From: Candidatus Algichlamydia australiensis
GTDB taxonomy: Bacteria > Chlamydiota > Chlamydiia > Chlamydiales > JAJFMI01
Assembly: GCA_033977065.1 (NCBI GenBank)
Contig: JAXCHI010000003.1
Location: forward strand, 544,001 to 608,000
Direction of reading: 5' to 3'
DNA length: 64,000 nucleotides
Part shown: positions 39,491 through 50,283 of the stretch, one piece after another
Numbering within the stretch: position 1 is the stretch's first letter
How the letters are laid out: the number at the start of each line of letters is the position of its first letter
Made by a program: the position numbers and the translations under genes
Notes under the pieces: generated by a model
Seen by the model: the letters and a program-made list of their open reading frames with translations, nothing else
Told to the model about the DNA's origin: nothing
Database searches by the model: none

Positions 39491-40837
39491 ATGAAATTTG
39501 TAGTTTTGGCTCTAGGAATTGCACTTGCATCTGCCAGCGCAGAAGAGATTACGCTACAAGATATTTTAAGTATCAAAGAGCAAATTCGCCAAGATCGTGA
39601 GCAGATTGCAGAGTTAAAAGAGCACCTGCGAGGAAGCGAGCAGGATCGCGATGTTGATATTCTTGAGCTTAAAGCTGTTCTTACACATCAAGAAGAAGAG
39701 ATTGCCCAGCTCAATCAGGAGATTGCAAAAGCAAAAAAAGAGAAGCAGTCACCGGCAAATAAAACTAAGCCGATGGGGTGCGCACCAAAACCTGCTTGCC
39801 CACCAGATCCTTGCTGTGAGCCTGTCTGCTGCCCAAAAGTCTATAAACCTCTACCTCCACCATGTCAGCGCTGTCCGATGGCGATGCGCTATCATCCCGC
39901 CATTGATGAGGAGAGCCAATTTGCGGCACGCGGAGAATTTCTTATTTGGAAGACGGCTGCTAACCCGCTTGATTATGCCCTGCCAAAGCAAGTAAATGAA
40001 ACAGGTGTTGATACAGGTGCGATTGGACCTTATGAAGTTTTAGATTATGATTGGGACCCAGCATTTCGCTTGGCATTGCAATATCGCTTCTGTCCCGATT
40101 TCTGGCAGGCTGAAGTGCAGTACACCTATCTTAGCAACTCGGGATCTGATTCTGTAAATGGAGGAAGCAATCCCAACCCTGCTGCAGGCGAAGCCTTTTT
40201 AACAGGAACTTTTATTCAAGAGACGGGAGAGGCTCTTTCTCGCGCAAGCGCAAGTATCGATTTTGATTACCACGTCTTAGACTTTTATCTTGCTAGACGC
40301 TTTCTTCTAGCTGAGAGTATCATCTTTAAATTCCTTTTTGGAGCATCGGGTGCTTGGATTAACCAAGATCTTGATGTTCGCTATACCGGGTTTGATATCG
40401 CGAGCTCACGCACGACAAATAATTGGAAGTACAATGCTGGTGGAATCAAGGCAGGAATTACAAACGATTGGTTTTTAGGAAAAGGATTTGGCATCTATTC
40501 GCAGCTTGTTTTGGGAGGTTTTATTGGTAACTGGAAAGGAGATGCTAGAAACACCTCAATTGATACAACTGGAACAAGCCAGACCCTAGAAAATTGGACC
40601 TATGAAGATACACGCTTTGCGTTGACAACACAGTTCCAACTCGGTCTCTCGTGGCATTGGCTTTTTGAAAACATCTCTTTGCGTCTTTTTGCTGGGTATG
40701 AGATGAATCCTTGGATCAATATTAACGATATTCGTGCTTCATCTCTGCAAGATGATACGAGACAGCGCTTTTCTCGAATCCATCGCGGCCTCATCTGCCC
40801 ACAAGGTGTTACCCTTAACGCCCAAGTCGGCTTCTAA
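39491..40837 (+). CDS. MOMP-like (Legionella Lpg1974-type) pore-forming outer membrane protein with coiled-coil and Cys/Pro-rich N-terminal extension
   Basis: Signal peptide; GEFLIWK...LDYA...WDPAFR...LFAGYE...W; C-terminal GVTLNAQVGF. Confidence 0.8.
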   Translation: MKFVVLALGIALASASAEEITLQDILSIKEQIRQDREQIAELKEHLRGSEQDRDVDILELKAVLTHQEEEIAQLNQEIAKAKKEKQSPANKTKPMGCAPKPACPPDPCCEPVCCPKVYKPLPPPCQRCPMAMRYHPAIDEESQFAARGEFLIWKTAANPLDYALPKQVNETGVDTGAIGPYEVLDYDWDPAFRLALQYRFCPDFWQAEVQYTYLSNSGSDSVNGGSNPNPAAGEAFLTGTFIQETGEALSRASASIDFDYHVLDFYLARRFLLAESIIFKFLFGASGAWINQDLDVRYTGFDIASSRTTNNWKYNAGGIKAGITNDWFLGKGFGIYSQLVLGGFIGNWKGDARNTSIDTTGTSQTLENWTYEDTRFALTTQFQLGLSWHWLFENISLRLFAGYEMNPWININDIRASSLQDDTRQRFSRIHRGLICPQGVTLNAQVGF

Positions 40838-41544
40838 CCACCTTCTCTCTTAGAAATCTGAGTGTGGGGAATTTGCATTTGTTCTGGAAGCTCTTTGCGG
40901 TGTCCATCTTCGTCTATTTCAACCTGCTCTGGACCGGAGAAGTTCGTGTCTTCCTGTAATGTACATTGAACCATTTCTTTTACTTTATCCATATTAATTT
41001 GAGTTCCTCGATAATCCATAGGCAACCCAATTAAATGTGCTTCATGGAATAATTTGCTGTAGAGCCAAGGTCTTTGAAGTTCGGGATCTGCTTTTATTGC
41101 CATCCTTCGATCTATCGGACTAGTTAGATATTTTTTGCCATTCCAGCCTGGAGGAAGACGAAAGCCTCTTTCATCTATATATTCCTGACAGTAGAGGTGA
41201 GTTCTTTCACGGCTCGGATCAGCCTTTTTAGCGAGTTCACGGTGGTACTCATTGTTCAGATATTCTTCGCCATCCCAACCTGGGGGGAAACAACAGCCTT
41301 TTTCATTAAAGATTTCAAATACATTTTCGAGGGGATTCTCAAGTTGAGCGGAAAGTTTTTGGGTAGCACAGTAAGCGCAGTAGATAGCTGCGAACGTGAC
41401 TGAAGCAACGAGTGCAACTTTAAGTAGCAAATGTTGATCCAGATCGCTTAAAAAGTTCTGATTGAGTACGCGGCTGACTTGCGTAGTCGTAGGTTCAAAT
41501 AATAAATTTATAGTGTTTTTGTCGGCCATTTGCAGTATGTTCAT
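40834..41544 (-). CDS. Hypothetical protein, one TM segment and an internal repeat
   Basis: Hydrophobic VALVASVTFAAIYCAYCA; two copies of E[KR]G...PPGW[DN]G..YL....R..A.KADP...R..LY. Confidence 0.7.
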   Translation of the reverse strand: MNILQMADKNTINLLFEPTTTQVSRVLNQNFLSDLDQHLLLKVALVASVTFAAIYCAYCATQKLSAQLENPLENVFEIFNEKGCCFPPGWDGEEYLNNEYHRELAKKADPSRERTHLYCQEYIDERGFRLPPGWNGKKYLTSPIDRRMAIKADPELQRPWLYSKLFHEAHLIGLPMDYRGTQINMDKVKEMVQCTLQEDTNFSGPEQVEIDEDGHRKELPEQMQIPHTQISKREGG

Positions 41545-41677
41545 TTATTCAACGAAGATTATACTACATCTCTTGATCAATCTCAAAATTAAAATAATTG
41601 ATAGAATACATAAGCTAAAAAAACGCTCTTTTGAAATAAATACTTCAAAAGAGTGTTTCAATTGTTTGTTCTGCTAA

Positions 41678-42340
41678 TTATTTAGATTTACTCAAGTAAC
41701 CATTCAAAATGGCAATGTTTTCATCATTTTTTATTTGCTTTTCATCAATCAAAACAACATCTTTTGGATCTTGGTTTGTATGCATTACTATTTGATTTTT
41801 CTCATTAATAGAAACAAATGCTTTACCTCTATTTGAGAATGCAACTTCGAATGTGCCATTGTTATGGGTTACTCTGGTTCCTCTTCTTCTTGCAGGTTCG
41901 TTTTTAGTAGTGTCTACAGCAATTCTTGAAAAAAGGCTTTCAAGCATAAATTCTTGAGAAACGTTACCAAAAGCAGATGTATCACCAGTTGCTGCATTAA
42001 GCCCCATTTCTGCTAAACTTTTAATATTTTCAGCTCTTTCATCAAAACCATAAGAGGTGTCTACAGCAGTATCTTGGATTCCCATTTCTGCCAAGATTCG
42101 TACAGATTCTTCATCTGTTCTATTTTGAGCAGAGCTCTTATTGTACAAACGGCAAGCATAGACTGCCCCGCCGATAAGAGCAAATGCTGTTAGTGCAACT
42201 ACTCCTACAGCCATTGCTGTTTTTTTATCTACATTTGAAAGAGTCTTTAGAAGATCTTCCTTGCTGTTTGGAATAAGTGCTTTTGCTTGATCTAATAGTT
42301 GTAAGTTTTTAAAATAATTTATTCTACCTTCTAGCATCAT
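41678..42340 (-). CDS. Hypothetical protein, one TM segment and an internal repeat
   Basis: VDKKTAMAVGVVALTAFALIGGAVYAC; repeat LAEMG.....DTS. Confidence 0.7.
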   Translation of the reverse strand: MMLEGRINYFKNLQLLDQAKALIPNSKEDLLKTLSNVDKKTAMAVGVVALTAFALIGGAVYACRLYNKSSAQNRTDEESVRILAEMGIQDTAVDTSYGFDERAENIKSLAEMGLNAATGDTSAFGNVSQEFMLESLFSRIAVDTTKNEPARRRGTRVTHNNGTFEVAFSNRGKAFVSINEKNQIVMHTNQDPKDVVLIDEKQIKNDENIAILNGYLSKSK

Positions 42341-42413
42341 TTAACCTTAGTTTAATTAATTAACTAATGTAATTATAAATAATCTTAGAATTAATATAAA
42401 TATAAAATATTTT

Positions 42414-42614
42414 TTATATTTCGGTGTTGATGCAATTAAAGTCTAATTGTTTGTCCATGTAGTAAGCAGTAGCGAGAGCTAATGCACCGATAAGGGCAAT
42501 AACTGCACCTGCGAATAGGGCTGTCTTTTTGTCTACTGAAGAGTGTGTATCTAAAATAATTTCTTTATACGATGAGTCAGATACTGTTTGGTTGATTAAT
42601 TTTTGTACGCCCAT
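42414..42614 (-). CDS. Short paralog (possibly truncated) of 41678..42340
   Basis: VDKKTALFAGAVIALIGALALATAY; GAGGA RBS. Confidence 0.5.
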   Translation of the reverse strand: MGVQKLINQTVSDSSYKEIILDTHSSVDKKTALFAGAVIALIGALALATAYYMDKQLDFNCINTEI

Positions 42615-42635
42615 TTAACTATCCTCTGTTTATCT

Positions 42636-42789
42636 TAGATAGGCATACAACCATCTTATTTTTCATGTTTGGGCTCCATTTTTGTGCTCAAATGAAGCGG
42701 AATTTACAAATTCAGCTTCAATTTCCGCACAAAAATAAGCTGCAAACATGAAAAATAAGATGGTTGTATGCTTTTGACGACACTATCTT
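42636..42789. mobile_element. MITE-like foldback element, family A, copy 2 (left end partly deleted)
   Basis: ~110 bp identical to 24890-24999, same orientation; right end TTTTGACGACACTATC intact; TTA flanks both ends. Confidence 0.8.
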
Positions 42790-42824
42790 AGTGATATTCT
42801 ATATTAAGAAAGGATTGTCAAAAA

Positions 42825-43988
42825 CTAAAAGAAAGATTTTACTTTTTCAAAAAAAGATTTTTTCTTTGGGGAGTTTTGCGGACCTTCCAGCTTTTGAAAT
42901 TTGGTGAGAAGCTCTTTCTGTTCGCTATTGAGGTGAACAGGGGTTTCAATATGGAGTTGGATAAGGAGGTCTCCGCTTCCTTGTCCATGGACGTTGGGGA
43001 CGCCTTTGCCACGAACGCGCAGGACTTTACCTGGCTGGGAACCTTCGGGAATGGTGAGGAGGTAGGAGCCGTCGAGGGGAGTTGGAATCTCTTTTTTAAT
43101 ACCAAGTGTTGCTTCGGTGAAGGTGATTGGCAGGTCGAGGATGATATCGTCTCCTTCGCGAACGAAAAATTCGTGTGACTTGACTTCGATGTAAACAAAG
43201 AGGTCGCCCGCGGGGCCGCCGTTAACGCCGGCGTCGCCGTGACCGCTCATTTTTAGGCGCATACCGCTATCGATTCCAGCAGGGATGGGCACCTTGACTT
43301 GCTCTTTTGTTTTAATGCGTCCTGCACCGTGACAATCAGGACATGGAGCTGTGATAATGCGTCCTGCGCCATGGCAATCGGGGCAGGTTGTGGGCATGCT
43401 AAAGAAGCCGCGCGACTGGTGGACTTGGCCGTGGCCACCACATGTGGTGCATGTCTTAATATCAGAAGGGGATTTGGCTCCGCTGCCGTCGCAGGTTTTG
43501 CAGTTGGTGTAGTTGGTGATGGCAAGTTCTTTTTCTACACCTTTGAGGGCTTCATTAAAGGTAATGTGGACTGTTACTCGTTTGCTGGTTCCTTTTTGTG
43601 GGGCATCTGCAGCATTCATACCGCCACCACCGCCACCGCCAAAAATGTTTTCAAAGAAGTCAGCACCGCCACCGCCGCCACCTTGGCCGCCAAAGGCGCC
43701 CATAAATGTGCGTAGCGCTTCTTCCATTGAAGGAAATCCCTGCGCGCCAGCCCCACCGCCCATACCGCCTTGAAAGGCGCTTTTGCCGTACTGATCGTAC
43801 ATGCGGCGCTTCTGATCATCGCTTAAAATTTCGTAAGCTTCTGAGATCTCTTTAAACTTTTTTTCCGCTTCACTATCGTCAGGGTTTTTGTCAGGATGGT
43901 ATTTAAGCGCGAGTTTGCGATATGCTTTTTTGATTTCACTATCTGTCGCGTTCTTCTGGACTCCGAGGATGTTGTAATAATCTGACAT
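42825..43988 (-). CDS. dnaJ: Chaperone DnaJ
   Basis: HPD J-domain, G/F region, four CxxCxGxG motifs. Confidence 0.99.
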   Translation of the reverse strand: MSDYYNILGVQKNATDSEIKKAYRKLALKYHPDKNPDDSEAEKKFKEISEAYEILSDDQKRRMYDQYGKSAFQGGMGGGAGAQGFPSMEEALRTFMGAFGGQGGGGGGADFFENIFGGGGGGGMNAADAPQKGTSKRVTVHITFNEALKGVEKELAITNYTNCKTCDGSGAKSPSDIKTCTTCGGHGQVHQSRGFFSMPTTCPDCHGAGRIITAPCPDCHGAGRIKTKEQVKVPIPAGIDSGMRLKMSGHGDAGVNGGPAGDLFVYIEVKSHEFFVREGDDIILDLPITFTEATLGIKKEIPTPLDGSYLLTIPEGSQPGKVLRVRGKGVPNVHGQGSGDLLIQLHIETPVHLNSEQKELLTKFQKLEGPQNSPKKKSFFEKVKSFF

Positions 43989-43991
43989 AGG

Positions 43992-44025
43992 AAAAAATGG
44001 AGCAGCTTGGGCACCCCAAGCTGCA
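43992..44025 (-). terminator. Intrinsic terminator-like hairpin between rpsU and dnaJ
   Basis: GCAGCTTGG stem / CCAAGCTGC followed by TCCATTTTTT on the minus strand. Confidence 0.5.
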
Positions 44026-44033
44026 TTTGTGAT

Positions 44034-44216
44034 TTAACGATTTTTCTTTTTATATTTCAGCGCATTCTTAGACTTTTCGCGAGCGCTGTCTGAAGGTTTT
44101 GAGTGGTAGCGTTTCTTCTTGACAGCCTTCAAAATTCCTTCTTTATCAACTTTTTTCTTTAAAGCTCTAAGGGCTTTGTCAATCGGTTCGCCATTGCGTA
44201 CCTTTACCGAGGTCAT
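44034..44216 (-). CDS. rpsU: 30S ribosomal protein S21
   Basis: [18 protein letters not shown]...KPS. Confidence 0.95.
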   Translation of the reverse strand: MTSVKVRNGEPIDKALRALKKKVDKEGILKAVKKKRYHSKPSDSAREKSKNALKYKKKNR

Positions 44217-44310
44217 TTAATCACATCCTTTCATCGTTATCGGTTTATGGATTAATTCTAACAGGTCAGGGGTTAATAATCAAAGGGGGCGCAAGGAAAG
44301 TCTGAGTTGT

Positions 44311-44862
44311 TCAGATCTTCCGCAGGTACGGTAGCTTGAGCTCTTTCCAGGTAATTTTTTTCTTAGATGATGCCCGCAAAGCAACTGTTTGGGGAGAGAA
44401 GGGCTGCAAATTTAAATTATGTTTTTGCGCAAGAAGGGGATCAGGTGTGTAAAGAGGCAGGTTTTGCGGCAAATTGTTAGGAGTGATCAACTCAGGTTCA
44501 TCGGCTTGAAGGAGATAGAGGTAACCCGCTTTGGCGTCGGTGATTACGGCTCCACTCTCTTCGTGTAGAGAGCCTTCCAAAGAGCAGAAGGGGATGAGGG
44601 GGATATTGTGGGTGAAGCTTAAGGTTTTAGCAACCATAGCTCCGATACGCGTACCGGTAAACGCTCCAGGTCCGATGCCTATAAGAATATTTTGAACCTC
44701 TTCTAGTGTTACATGGTTTTTTTGAAAAAGGGTGGAAAGTTGCGGCAAAAGTTCTTGAGATTGGCGCTTTGGTGGAACAATTTCACAAAAAGCTATGACA
44801 CTCTTCTCTCGTATCAGAGCAAGATATCCAATCTCTCCACTTGTTTCTATTAACAAATCCAT
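44311..44862 (-). CDS. tsaB: tRNA t6A biosynthesis protein TsaB
   Basis: LIETS, GIGPGAFTGTRIG, DAK. Confidence 0.92.
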   Translation of the reverse strand: MDLLIETSGEIGYLALIREKSVIAFCEIVPPKRQSQELLPQLSTLFQKNHVTLEEVQNILIGIGPGAFTGTRIGAMVAKTLSFTHNIPLIPFCSLEGSLHEESGAVITDAKAGYLYLLQADEPELITPNNLPQNLPLYTPDPLLAQKHNLNLQPFSPQTVALRASSKKKITWKELKLPYLRKI

Positions 44863-44898
44863 CATAATAGAGATATTGTAGCATAAAGGAGGTATTCA

Positions 44899-47370
44899 AT
44901 GCCTCCGCAAACGGAGAATAGGCACGAAATGAGTTTGGATGACGAAAACCAGATTGATACAAATTCTTTGATGGATATTGGAGGAGATGAGGCATCAGAA
45001 GAGGTGCTGCTTCCCACGAGTCACTATCCAGATGATCTCTTTATTTTACCTCTTACTCGGCGTCCCTTTTTCCCAGGTATGGCGGCACCTCTTGTGATTG
45101 AGCCAGGTCCCTACTATGAAGTTTTGAAAATGGTTGCTAAGTCAGAGCACAAACTGCTAGGGCTTTTTATGACCAAGCAGGAAGATGTAGATATCTATAA
45201 GTTGAGAATTTCTGATTTTTACCGCGTTGGGGTTGTGGCGCGTATTTTGCGCATCATTCCCATTGATCAAGGAGGCGCACAAGTTATTCTCAACATGGAG
45301 AAGCGTATCAAGATCAAAAAGAGTGCCAAAAAAGGGCCCCATCTTGCTGCGCAAGTCTCTTATCATGATGATCCTTCTGCAAAAGAGGCGAAGATCATTA
45401 AGGCCTACACGATTAGCATTATTACAACGATTAAAGAGCTGCTTAAGCTCAACCCGCTTTTTAAAGAGGAGCTACAGGTCTTCTTGGGGCACTCTGATTT
45501 TACAGAGCCGGGCAAGCTGGCCGATTTTGCAGTCGCTCTAACAACGGCAACGCGCGAAGAGTTACAAAAAGTTTTGGAGAGCTTGAATCTGCAAGAGCGC
45601 ATTGACCGCGCGCTTGTTTTGCTTAAAAAAGAGCTAGATCTTTCCAAGCTGCAGAGCAGCATTAATCAAAAAATTGAGGCGTCGGTCTCCAAGACACAGC
45701 GCGAATTTTTTCTGCGCGAGCAACTCAAGGCGATTAAGAAAGAGCTTGGCATGGAAAAGGATGAGAAGAGCTCAGATCGCGCCAAGTTTGAAGAGCGATT
45801 GAAGGATAAAAAAGTTCCCGAAGATGTCAACAAGGTCATCAATGATGAACTCGAAAAGTTAAATTTCTTGGAAATTCAGTCGGCTGAGTACTCGGTTGTG
45901 CGCAACTATCTCGACTGGCTCACGATCATTCCTTGGGGAGTGATGAGTCCTGAAAAGCATGATTTGAAACATGCGCAGAAAATTTTGGACGAAGATCACT
46001 ACGGCTTGAAAGATGTGAAAGAGCGCATTTTAGAATTTATTAGTGTGGGGAAACTTTCAGGCGGCGTGAAGGGGAGTATCATCTGTTTTGTTGGCCCTCC
46101 GGGTGTAGGGAAAACAAGCGTTGGCAAAAGTATTGCGCGTGCGCTCAATCGCAAGTTTTTCCGTTTCTCTGTTGGTGGCATGCGCGATGAAGCGGAGATC
46201 AAAGGGCATAGGCGTACTTATGTGGGCGCGATGCCAGGCAAGATGGTGCAGGCGCTAAAGCACGCTGATACAATGAACCCTGTCATCATGATTGATGAAA
46301 TTGATAAGATGGGAGCGAGTTACCAAGGAGATCCCGCATCGGCCATGTTGGAGGTTCTTGATCCTGAGCAAAATATCGATTTTCTTGATCACTATTTGGA
46401 TGTGCGCACCGATCTGTCAAATGTACTTTTTATTACTACAGCCAACGTTCTCGATACAATTCCGGGACCGCTGCGTGACCGGATGGATGTCATCAAACTT
46501 TCCGGCTATATCATGGAAGAAAAAGTGGAGATTGCGCATCGCTATCTTATCCCAAAACATCGCGGTGAGATGGGTCTTAAGCCTAGTGATGTCGCATTTA
46601 CAAAAGATGGAATCCGCGAAATCATCAATGGTTATGCGCGCGAATCTGGAGTACGCTCACTTGAAAAAAACATCAAAAAGATTTTAAGAAAAGTCGCGGT
46701 TGAGGTAGTGAAAGGCAAGGCTAAAAAGAAGATATCGATTTCTAAAACAAGTCTTGCCAAGTACTTGGGCAAACCGATTTTTACGTCGGATCGCTTTTAC
46801 AAAAAAACACCTCCAGGGGTAACCATGGGCCTTGCCTGGACTTCAATGGGCGGTGCCACTCTCTACGTTGAGGCAGTAAAAAATCCTTCAGAAAAGACCT
46901 TGATGAAGCTAACAGGGCAAGCAGGCGATGTGATGAAGGAGTCTTCGCAGATCGCTTGGAGCTTTTTGATGAGCAGGGGTGATGCTTACTTTCCTAAAAA
47001 GAAATTCTTTGAAAAGAGCGAAGTGCACCTCCATATTCCTGAAGGAGCGACACCCAAAGATGGGCCCTCAGCAGGGATTACGATGGTGACCTCCATGCTC
47101 TCACTTCTGCTTGATAAGCCCGTTCGTGAAGATTTAGCCATGACAGGCGAGGTCACGCTCACAGGAAAAGTGCTTCCCATTGGTGGTGTAAAAGAGAAAC
47201 TTATTGCTGCGCGCCGCTCCAAAGCAAAGACTTTGATTTTTCCCGAGGAAAATCGTCGGGACTATGAAGAGCTTCCCACTTATTTGAAAAAGGGGTTGAA
47301 AGTAAATTTTGTGAGCCACTACGATGACGTCTTTAAAGTTGCTTTTCCTAAAAAAAGAGGAAAGAAATGA
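44899..47370 (+). CDS. lon: ATP-dependent protease La
   Basis: [29 protein letters not shown]. Confidence 0.99.
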   Translation: MPPQTENRHEMSLDDENQIDTNSLMDIGGDEASEEVLLPTSHYPDDLFILPLTRRPFFPGMAAPLVIEPGPYYEVLKMVAKSEHKLLGLFMTKQEDVDIYKLRISDFYRVGVVARILRIIPIDQGGAQVILNMEKRIKIKKSAKKGPHLAAQVSYHDDPSAKEAKIIKAYTISIITTIKELLKLNPLFKEELQVFLGHSDFTEPGKLADFAVALTTATREELQKVLESLNLQERIDRALVLLKKELDLSKLQSSINQKIEASVSKTQREFFLREQLKAIKKELGMEKDEKSSDRAKFEERLKDKKVPEDVNKVINDELEKLNFLEIQSAEYSVVRNYLDWLTIIPWGVMSPEKHDLKHAQKILDEDHYGLKDVKERILEFISVGKLSGGVKGSIICFVGPPGVGKTSVGKSIARALNRKFFRFSVGGMRDEAEIKGHRRTYVGAMPGKMVQALKHADTMNPVIMIDEIDKMGASYQGDPASAMLEVLDPEQNIDFLDHYLDVRTDLSNVLFITTANVLDTIPGPLRDRMDVIKLSGYIMEEKVEIAHRYLIPKHRGEMGLKPSDVAFTKDGIREIINGYARESGVRSLEKNIKKILRKVAVEVVKGKAKKKISISKTSLAKYLGKPIFTSDRFYKKTPPGVTMGLAWTSMGGATLYVEAVKNPSEKTLMKLTGQAGDVMKESSQIAWSFLMSRGDAYFPKKKFFEKSEVHLHIPEGATPKDGPSAGITMVTSMLSLLLDKPVREDLAMTGEVTLTGKVLPIGGVKEKLIAARRSKAKTLIFPEENRRDYEELPTYLKKGLKVNFVSHYDDVFKVAFPKKRGKK

Positions 47371-47861
47371 GTTTCGAAGAGCAGGCACAAAAAAAGATTG
47401 TGGATCGAAAAAAATTGGGAGATTGGGCCGATGCCATGCGACTCGAAGGACGCACTATTGCGACGATCAATGGCTCGTTTGATCTTTTGCATGCAGGTCA
47501 CTTAGAAATTCTTTTTGAAGCGTCTCTCCAAGCAGATCAACTGCTTGTGCTGCTGAACACGGACGAATCTATCAAGAATTACAAAGGAGCTGATCGCCCG
47601 CTTATACCGCTGAAATATCGCCAGCAAATGGTGGCTGCATTGACTTTTGTTGACTACGTCTCCTCATTTTCAGAATCCGATCCATGCAAAGTTTTAGAGG
47701 TTATTCGCCCGCATGTACATATCAATGGCAGTGAGTATGGCGATGATTGCATTGAAGCTGAGACCGTAAAAAAAGGTGGGGGAAAACTGCATCTTTTTGC
47801 GCGTATTCCAGGACTTTCTACCAGTACCATTTTAGAAAAAATGAGGATGACATGCGTTTAG
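47367..47861 (+). CDS. Adenylyl/cytidylyltransferase (RfaE domain II-like)
   Basis: NGSFDLLHAGH, LNTDESI, KG..RP, STS. Confidence 0.88.
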   Translation: MSFEEQAQKKIVDRKKLGDWADAMRLEGRTIATINGSFDLLHAGHLEILFEASLQADQLLVLLNTDESIKNYKGADRPLIPLKYRQQMVAALTFVDYVSSFSESDPCKVLEVIRPHVHINGSEYGDDCIEAETVKKGGGKLHLFARIPGLSTSTILEKMRMTCV

Positions 47862-48943
47862 TAGGAGAATTTTCAAATGAGTTGGATGCGCAAGTTTTTT
47901 CTGGGTTTTTAACCCGTCGCGGCATCAAGAGTAAACCGGAAGGAGCCGCTGTTTGGGTTGAAGATGAAGAGATGCATGCGGATGCGCTCGACCACTACCA
48001 ACATTTTGTCATGCATCCACAAGATGCGCGTTATGAAGTCGTACGCTCTGGGTTACTTGCCGTGCCAAAAGAAAAAATTAAGCCACAAGTTGCTCCCCCT
48101 GTGAAGAAACAGACCCCTATTACGACTTTTATTATCCTCCTATGCACAGCGCTCTTTTTTTGGCAGCTGATGCAGCGTATGGAGATGAGTCCAGTGAGTA
48201 TGCAAGTGAAAGATACAGTTGCTCTTACGCCTATTGAGGGCGCTCTTCTCTATGACTATCCTGAAGCTTTCGCCTATGCCACAGAACTTTTTGAGATAAC
48301 AGCAATCAAACAACCTGAAGAGTTACAAAATCTCCCGCCAAAAGAGGCAGAACTCTGGAATAAAGCGACTACCACGCCCTATTGGCAAGGGATCTACGAC
48401 ATCATCCTCAAATGGCCTGAGGCAAATGATCAATTCAATCTGCCGATGTTTGTGAAGATCCGTGCAGGAGAGATCTACCGCACAATTACACCAATTGTGA
48501 TGCATGGCGGCTTTCTGCATATTCTCTTCAACATGCTTTGGCTTTTTCTACTTGGCAGAATGGTGGAAGAGCGCATTGGTGTCGCGCGTTACCTCGCTCT
48601 GTCGCTTATTGTGGCTATTGTCTCTAACACAGTGCAATATCTCATGAGTGGTCCCGCCTTTCTCGGCTACTCGGGTGTCATCACAGGTCTTGCTGGCTTC
48701 ATCTGGTATCGCCAGCGCAAAGCGCCTTGGGAAGGTTACCCTTTGCAAAAAGCGACTGCGATCTTTCTTGGTGTCTTTATTTTTGGCATGATGGGCTTCC
48801 AAATTGTTCTTTTTATCTTGCAGCGCTTTTTTCAAATTGAGTGGAACTTGCGAATTGCTAACTCCGCTCACGTTGTGGGTGCCTTAGTTGGTATCTTCCT
48901 CGCCCGCTTTCCTCTTTTTACCAAACAGCGAGCAAAAAAATGA
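47852..48943 (+). CDS. Rhomboid family intramembrane serine protease (GlpG-like)
   Basis: [17 protein letters not shown]; GlpG-like N-terminal domain. Confidence 0.92.
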   Translation: MRLVGEFSNELDAQVFSGFLTRRGIKSKPEGAAVWVEDEEMHADALDHYQHFVMHPQDARYEVVRSGLLAVPKEKIKPQVAPPVKKQTPITTFIILLCTALFFWQLMQRMEMSPVSMQVKDTVALTPIEGALLYDYPEAFAYATELFEITAIKQPEELQNLPPKEAELWNKATTTPYWQGIYDIILKWPEANDQFNLPMFVKIRAGEIYRTITPIVMHGGFLHILFNMLWLFLLGRMVEERIGVARYLALSLIVAIVSNTVQYLMSGPAFLGYSGVITGLAGFIWYRQRKAPWEGYPLQKATAIFLGVFIFGMMGFQIVLFILQRFFQIEWNLRIANSAHVVGALVGIFLARFPLFTKQRAKK

Positions 48944-49845
48944 GCGTGCGAGATCTGACCATTCTCGGATGCTCCTCCCAGCATCCCACTCGTCTGCGTA
49001 ACCACGGCGCCTATCTTCTTCGCTGGAATGAAGAGGGTTTCCTGTTTGATCCAGGCGAAGGCACTCAGCGTCAATTTATCTTTGCAGAAATCGCCCCACC
49101 AACCGTTACGCGCATCCTTATCAGCCACTTTCACGGCGACCACTGTCTCGGTCTTGGCTCTATGCTTATGCGCCTCAATCTCGATCGCGTCAACCACCCC
49201 ATTCACTGCTACTATCCTGCATCGGGAAAAAAATACTTTGACCGCCTGCGCTACGGTACGATCTATCACGAAGCGATTGAAGTTATCGAACACCCCATTA
49301 AAGAAGGGGGCGTGGTTCATGACGATGGCAAATTCAAAATTGAAGCGCAGTTTCTCAAACATGGTGTAGACAATGTCGGCTATCGCATCACCGAAGCGGA
49401 TACACGTAAATACGACAAAGAAAAACTCAAAAAACTCGGTATCCAGGGCGAGCGCATGCGCGCCTTTGTAAAGGATGAGAAAATTACCATCGGTGATAAA
49501 ACCATTCAACTAGATGACGTAAGCTGGATCCGTAAAGGCGATACCTTTGCCTCTGTTATCGACACCCGTATCTGTCCCGCAGCTGTGGAGATTGCTCGCA
49601 ATGCTAAAATGCTTCTTTGCGAGGCGACCTACCTTGAAGAGCATAGAGAGTTAGCTCACAACTACTTTCATATGACCGCGAAACAGGCGGCGCAAATTTC
49701 TAAAGACGCCAACGTGGAGCAGCTAATCATGACTCACTTTTCCGCACGCTACCGCGATATTGAACCCTTTGAAAAGCAAGCGCGCGAGATCTTTCCCAAC
49801 GCTTTCGCCGCTGACGACTTCAAACGCTTCCCTTTCCCTCGATGA
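48940..49845 (+). CDS. rnz: Ribonuclease Z
   Basis: [27 protein letters not shown]. Confidence 0.95.
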   Translation: MSVRDLTILGCSSQHPTRLRNHGAYLLRWNEEGFLFDPGEGTQRQFIFAEIAPPTVTRILISHFHGDHCLGLGSMLMRLNLDRVNHPIHCYYPASGKKYFDRLRYGTIYHEAIEVIEHPIKEGGVVHDDGKFKIEAQFLKHGVDNVGYRITEADTRKYDKEKLKKLGIQGERMRAFVKDEKITIGDKTIQLDDVSWIRKGDTFASVIDTRICPAAVEIARNAKMLLCEATYLEEHRELAHNYFHMTAKQAAQISKDANVEQLIMTHFSARYRDIEPFEKQAREIFPNAFAADDFKRFPFPR

Positions 49846-50141
49846 AAAACAAAATGAGACCCATACACCCAGGCGAAATTCTAAAGAAAGAATTAGATGA
49901 AGTAGGATTGCTAGTAAATATTTTAGCGCAGAAGTTGTCGCTATCGGTAGATCAAATGCTTTCCATTCTCAGTAGTAAGACTCCAATTACGCGAAAAATA
50001 GCTACGGGGCTATCTCGATTTTTTGGAACTTCGCCTCAGTTTTGGCTAAACTTGCAGTCATCTTACAATTTGAAAGTTGCCCTTAGAGAAAAGGGCAAAG
50101 AGATCGAAAAAGAAGTCCTTCCTCGTAAAGATGGAGCTTAA
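49842..50141 (+). CDS. higA: HigA family antitoxin (no adjacent HigB)
   Basis: PIHPGEIL...[16 protein letters not shown]. Confidence 0.9.
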   Translation: MKNKMRPIHPGEILKKELDEVGLLVNILAQKLSLSVDQMLSILSSKTPITRKIATGLSRFFGTSPQFWLNLQSSYNLKVALREKGKEIEKEVLPRKDGA

Positions 50142-50283
50142 AATTCTGAGTGGTAAGTATCCAATCAATCAATAGATTAAAATTATTTTTAATAATAAAA
50201 TAAATAATTTAAAAAAATATTTCTATTTTTATTATTTTTTTGCTATAATATATCTGAGCTTTTTAAACTCCCAGGGAGGAATT

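Noticed and set aside
43615..43775. CCGCCA/CCACCG tandem repeats
   Set aside because: They encode the Gly-rich G/F linker of DnaJ
48868..49509. 213-aa antisense ORF
   Set aside because: Mirror frame of rnz, typical of codon bias; the same applies to other antisense ORFs over core genes
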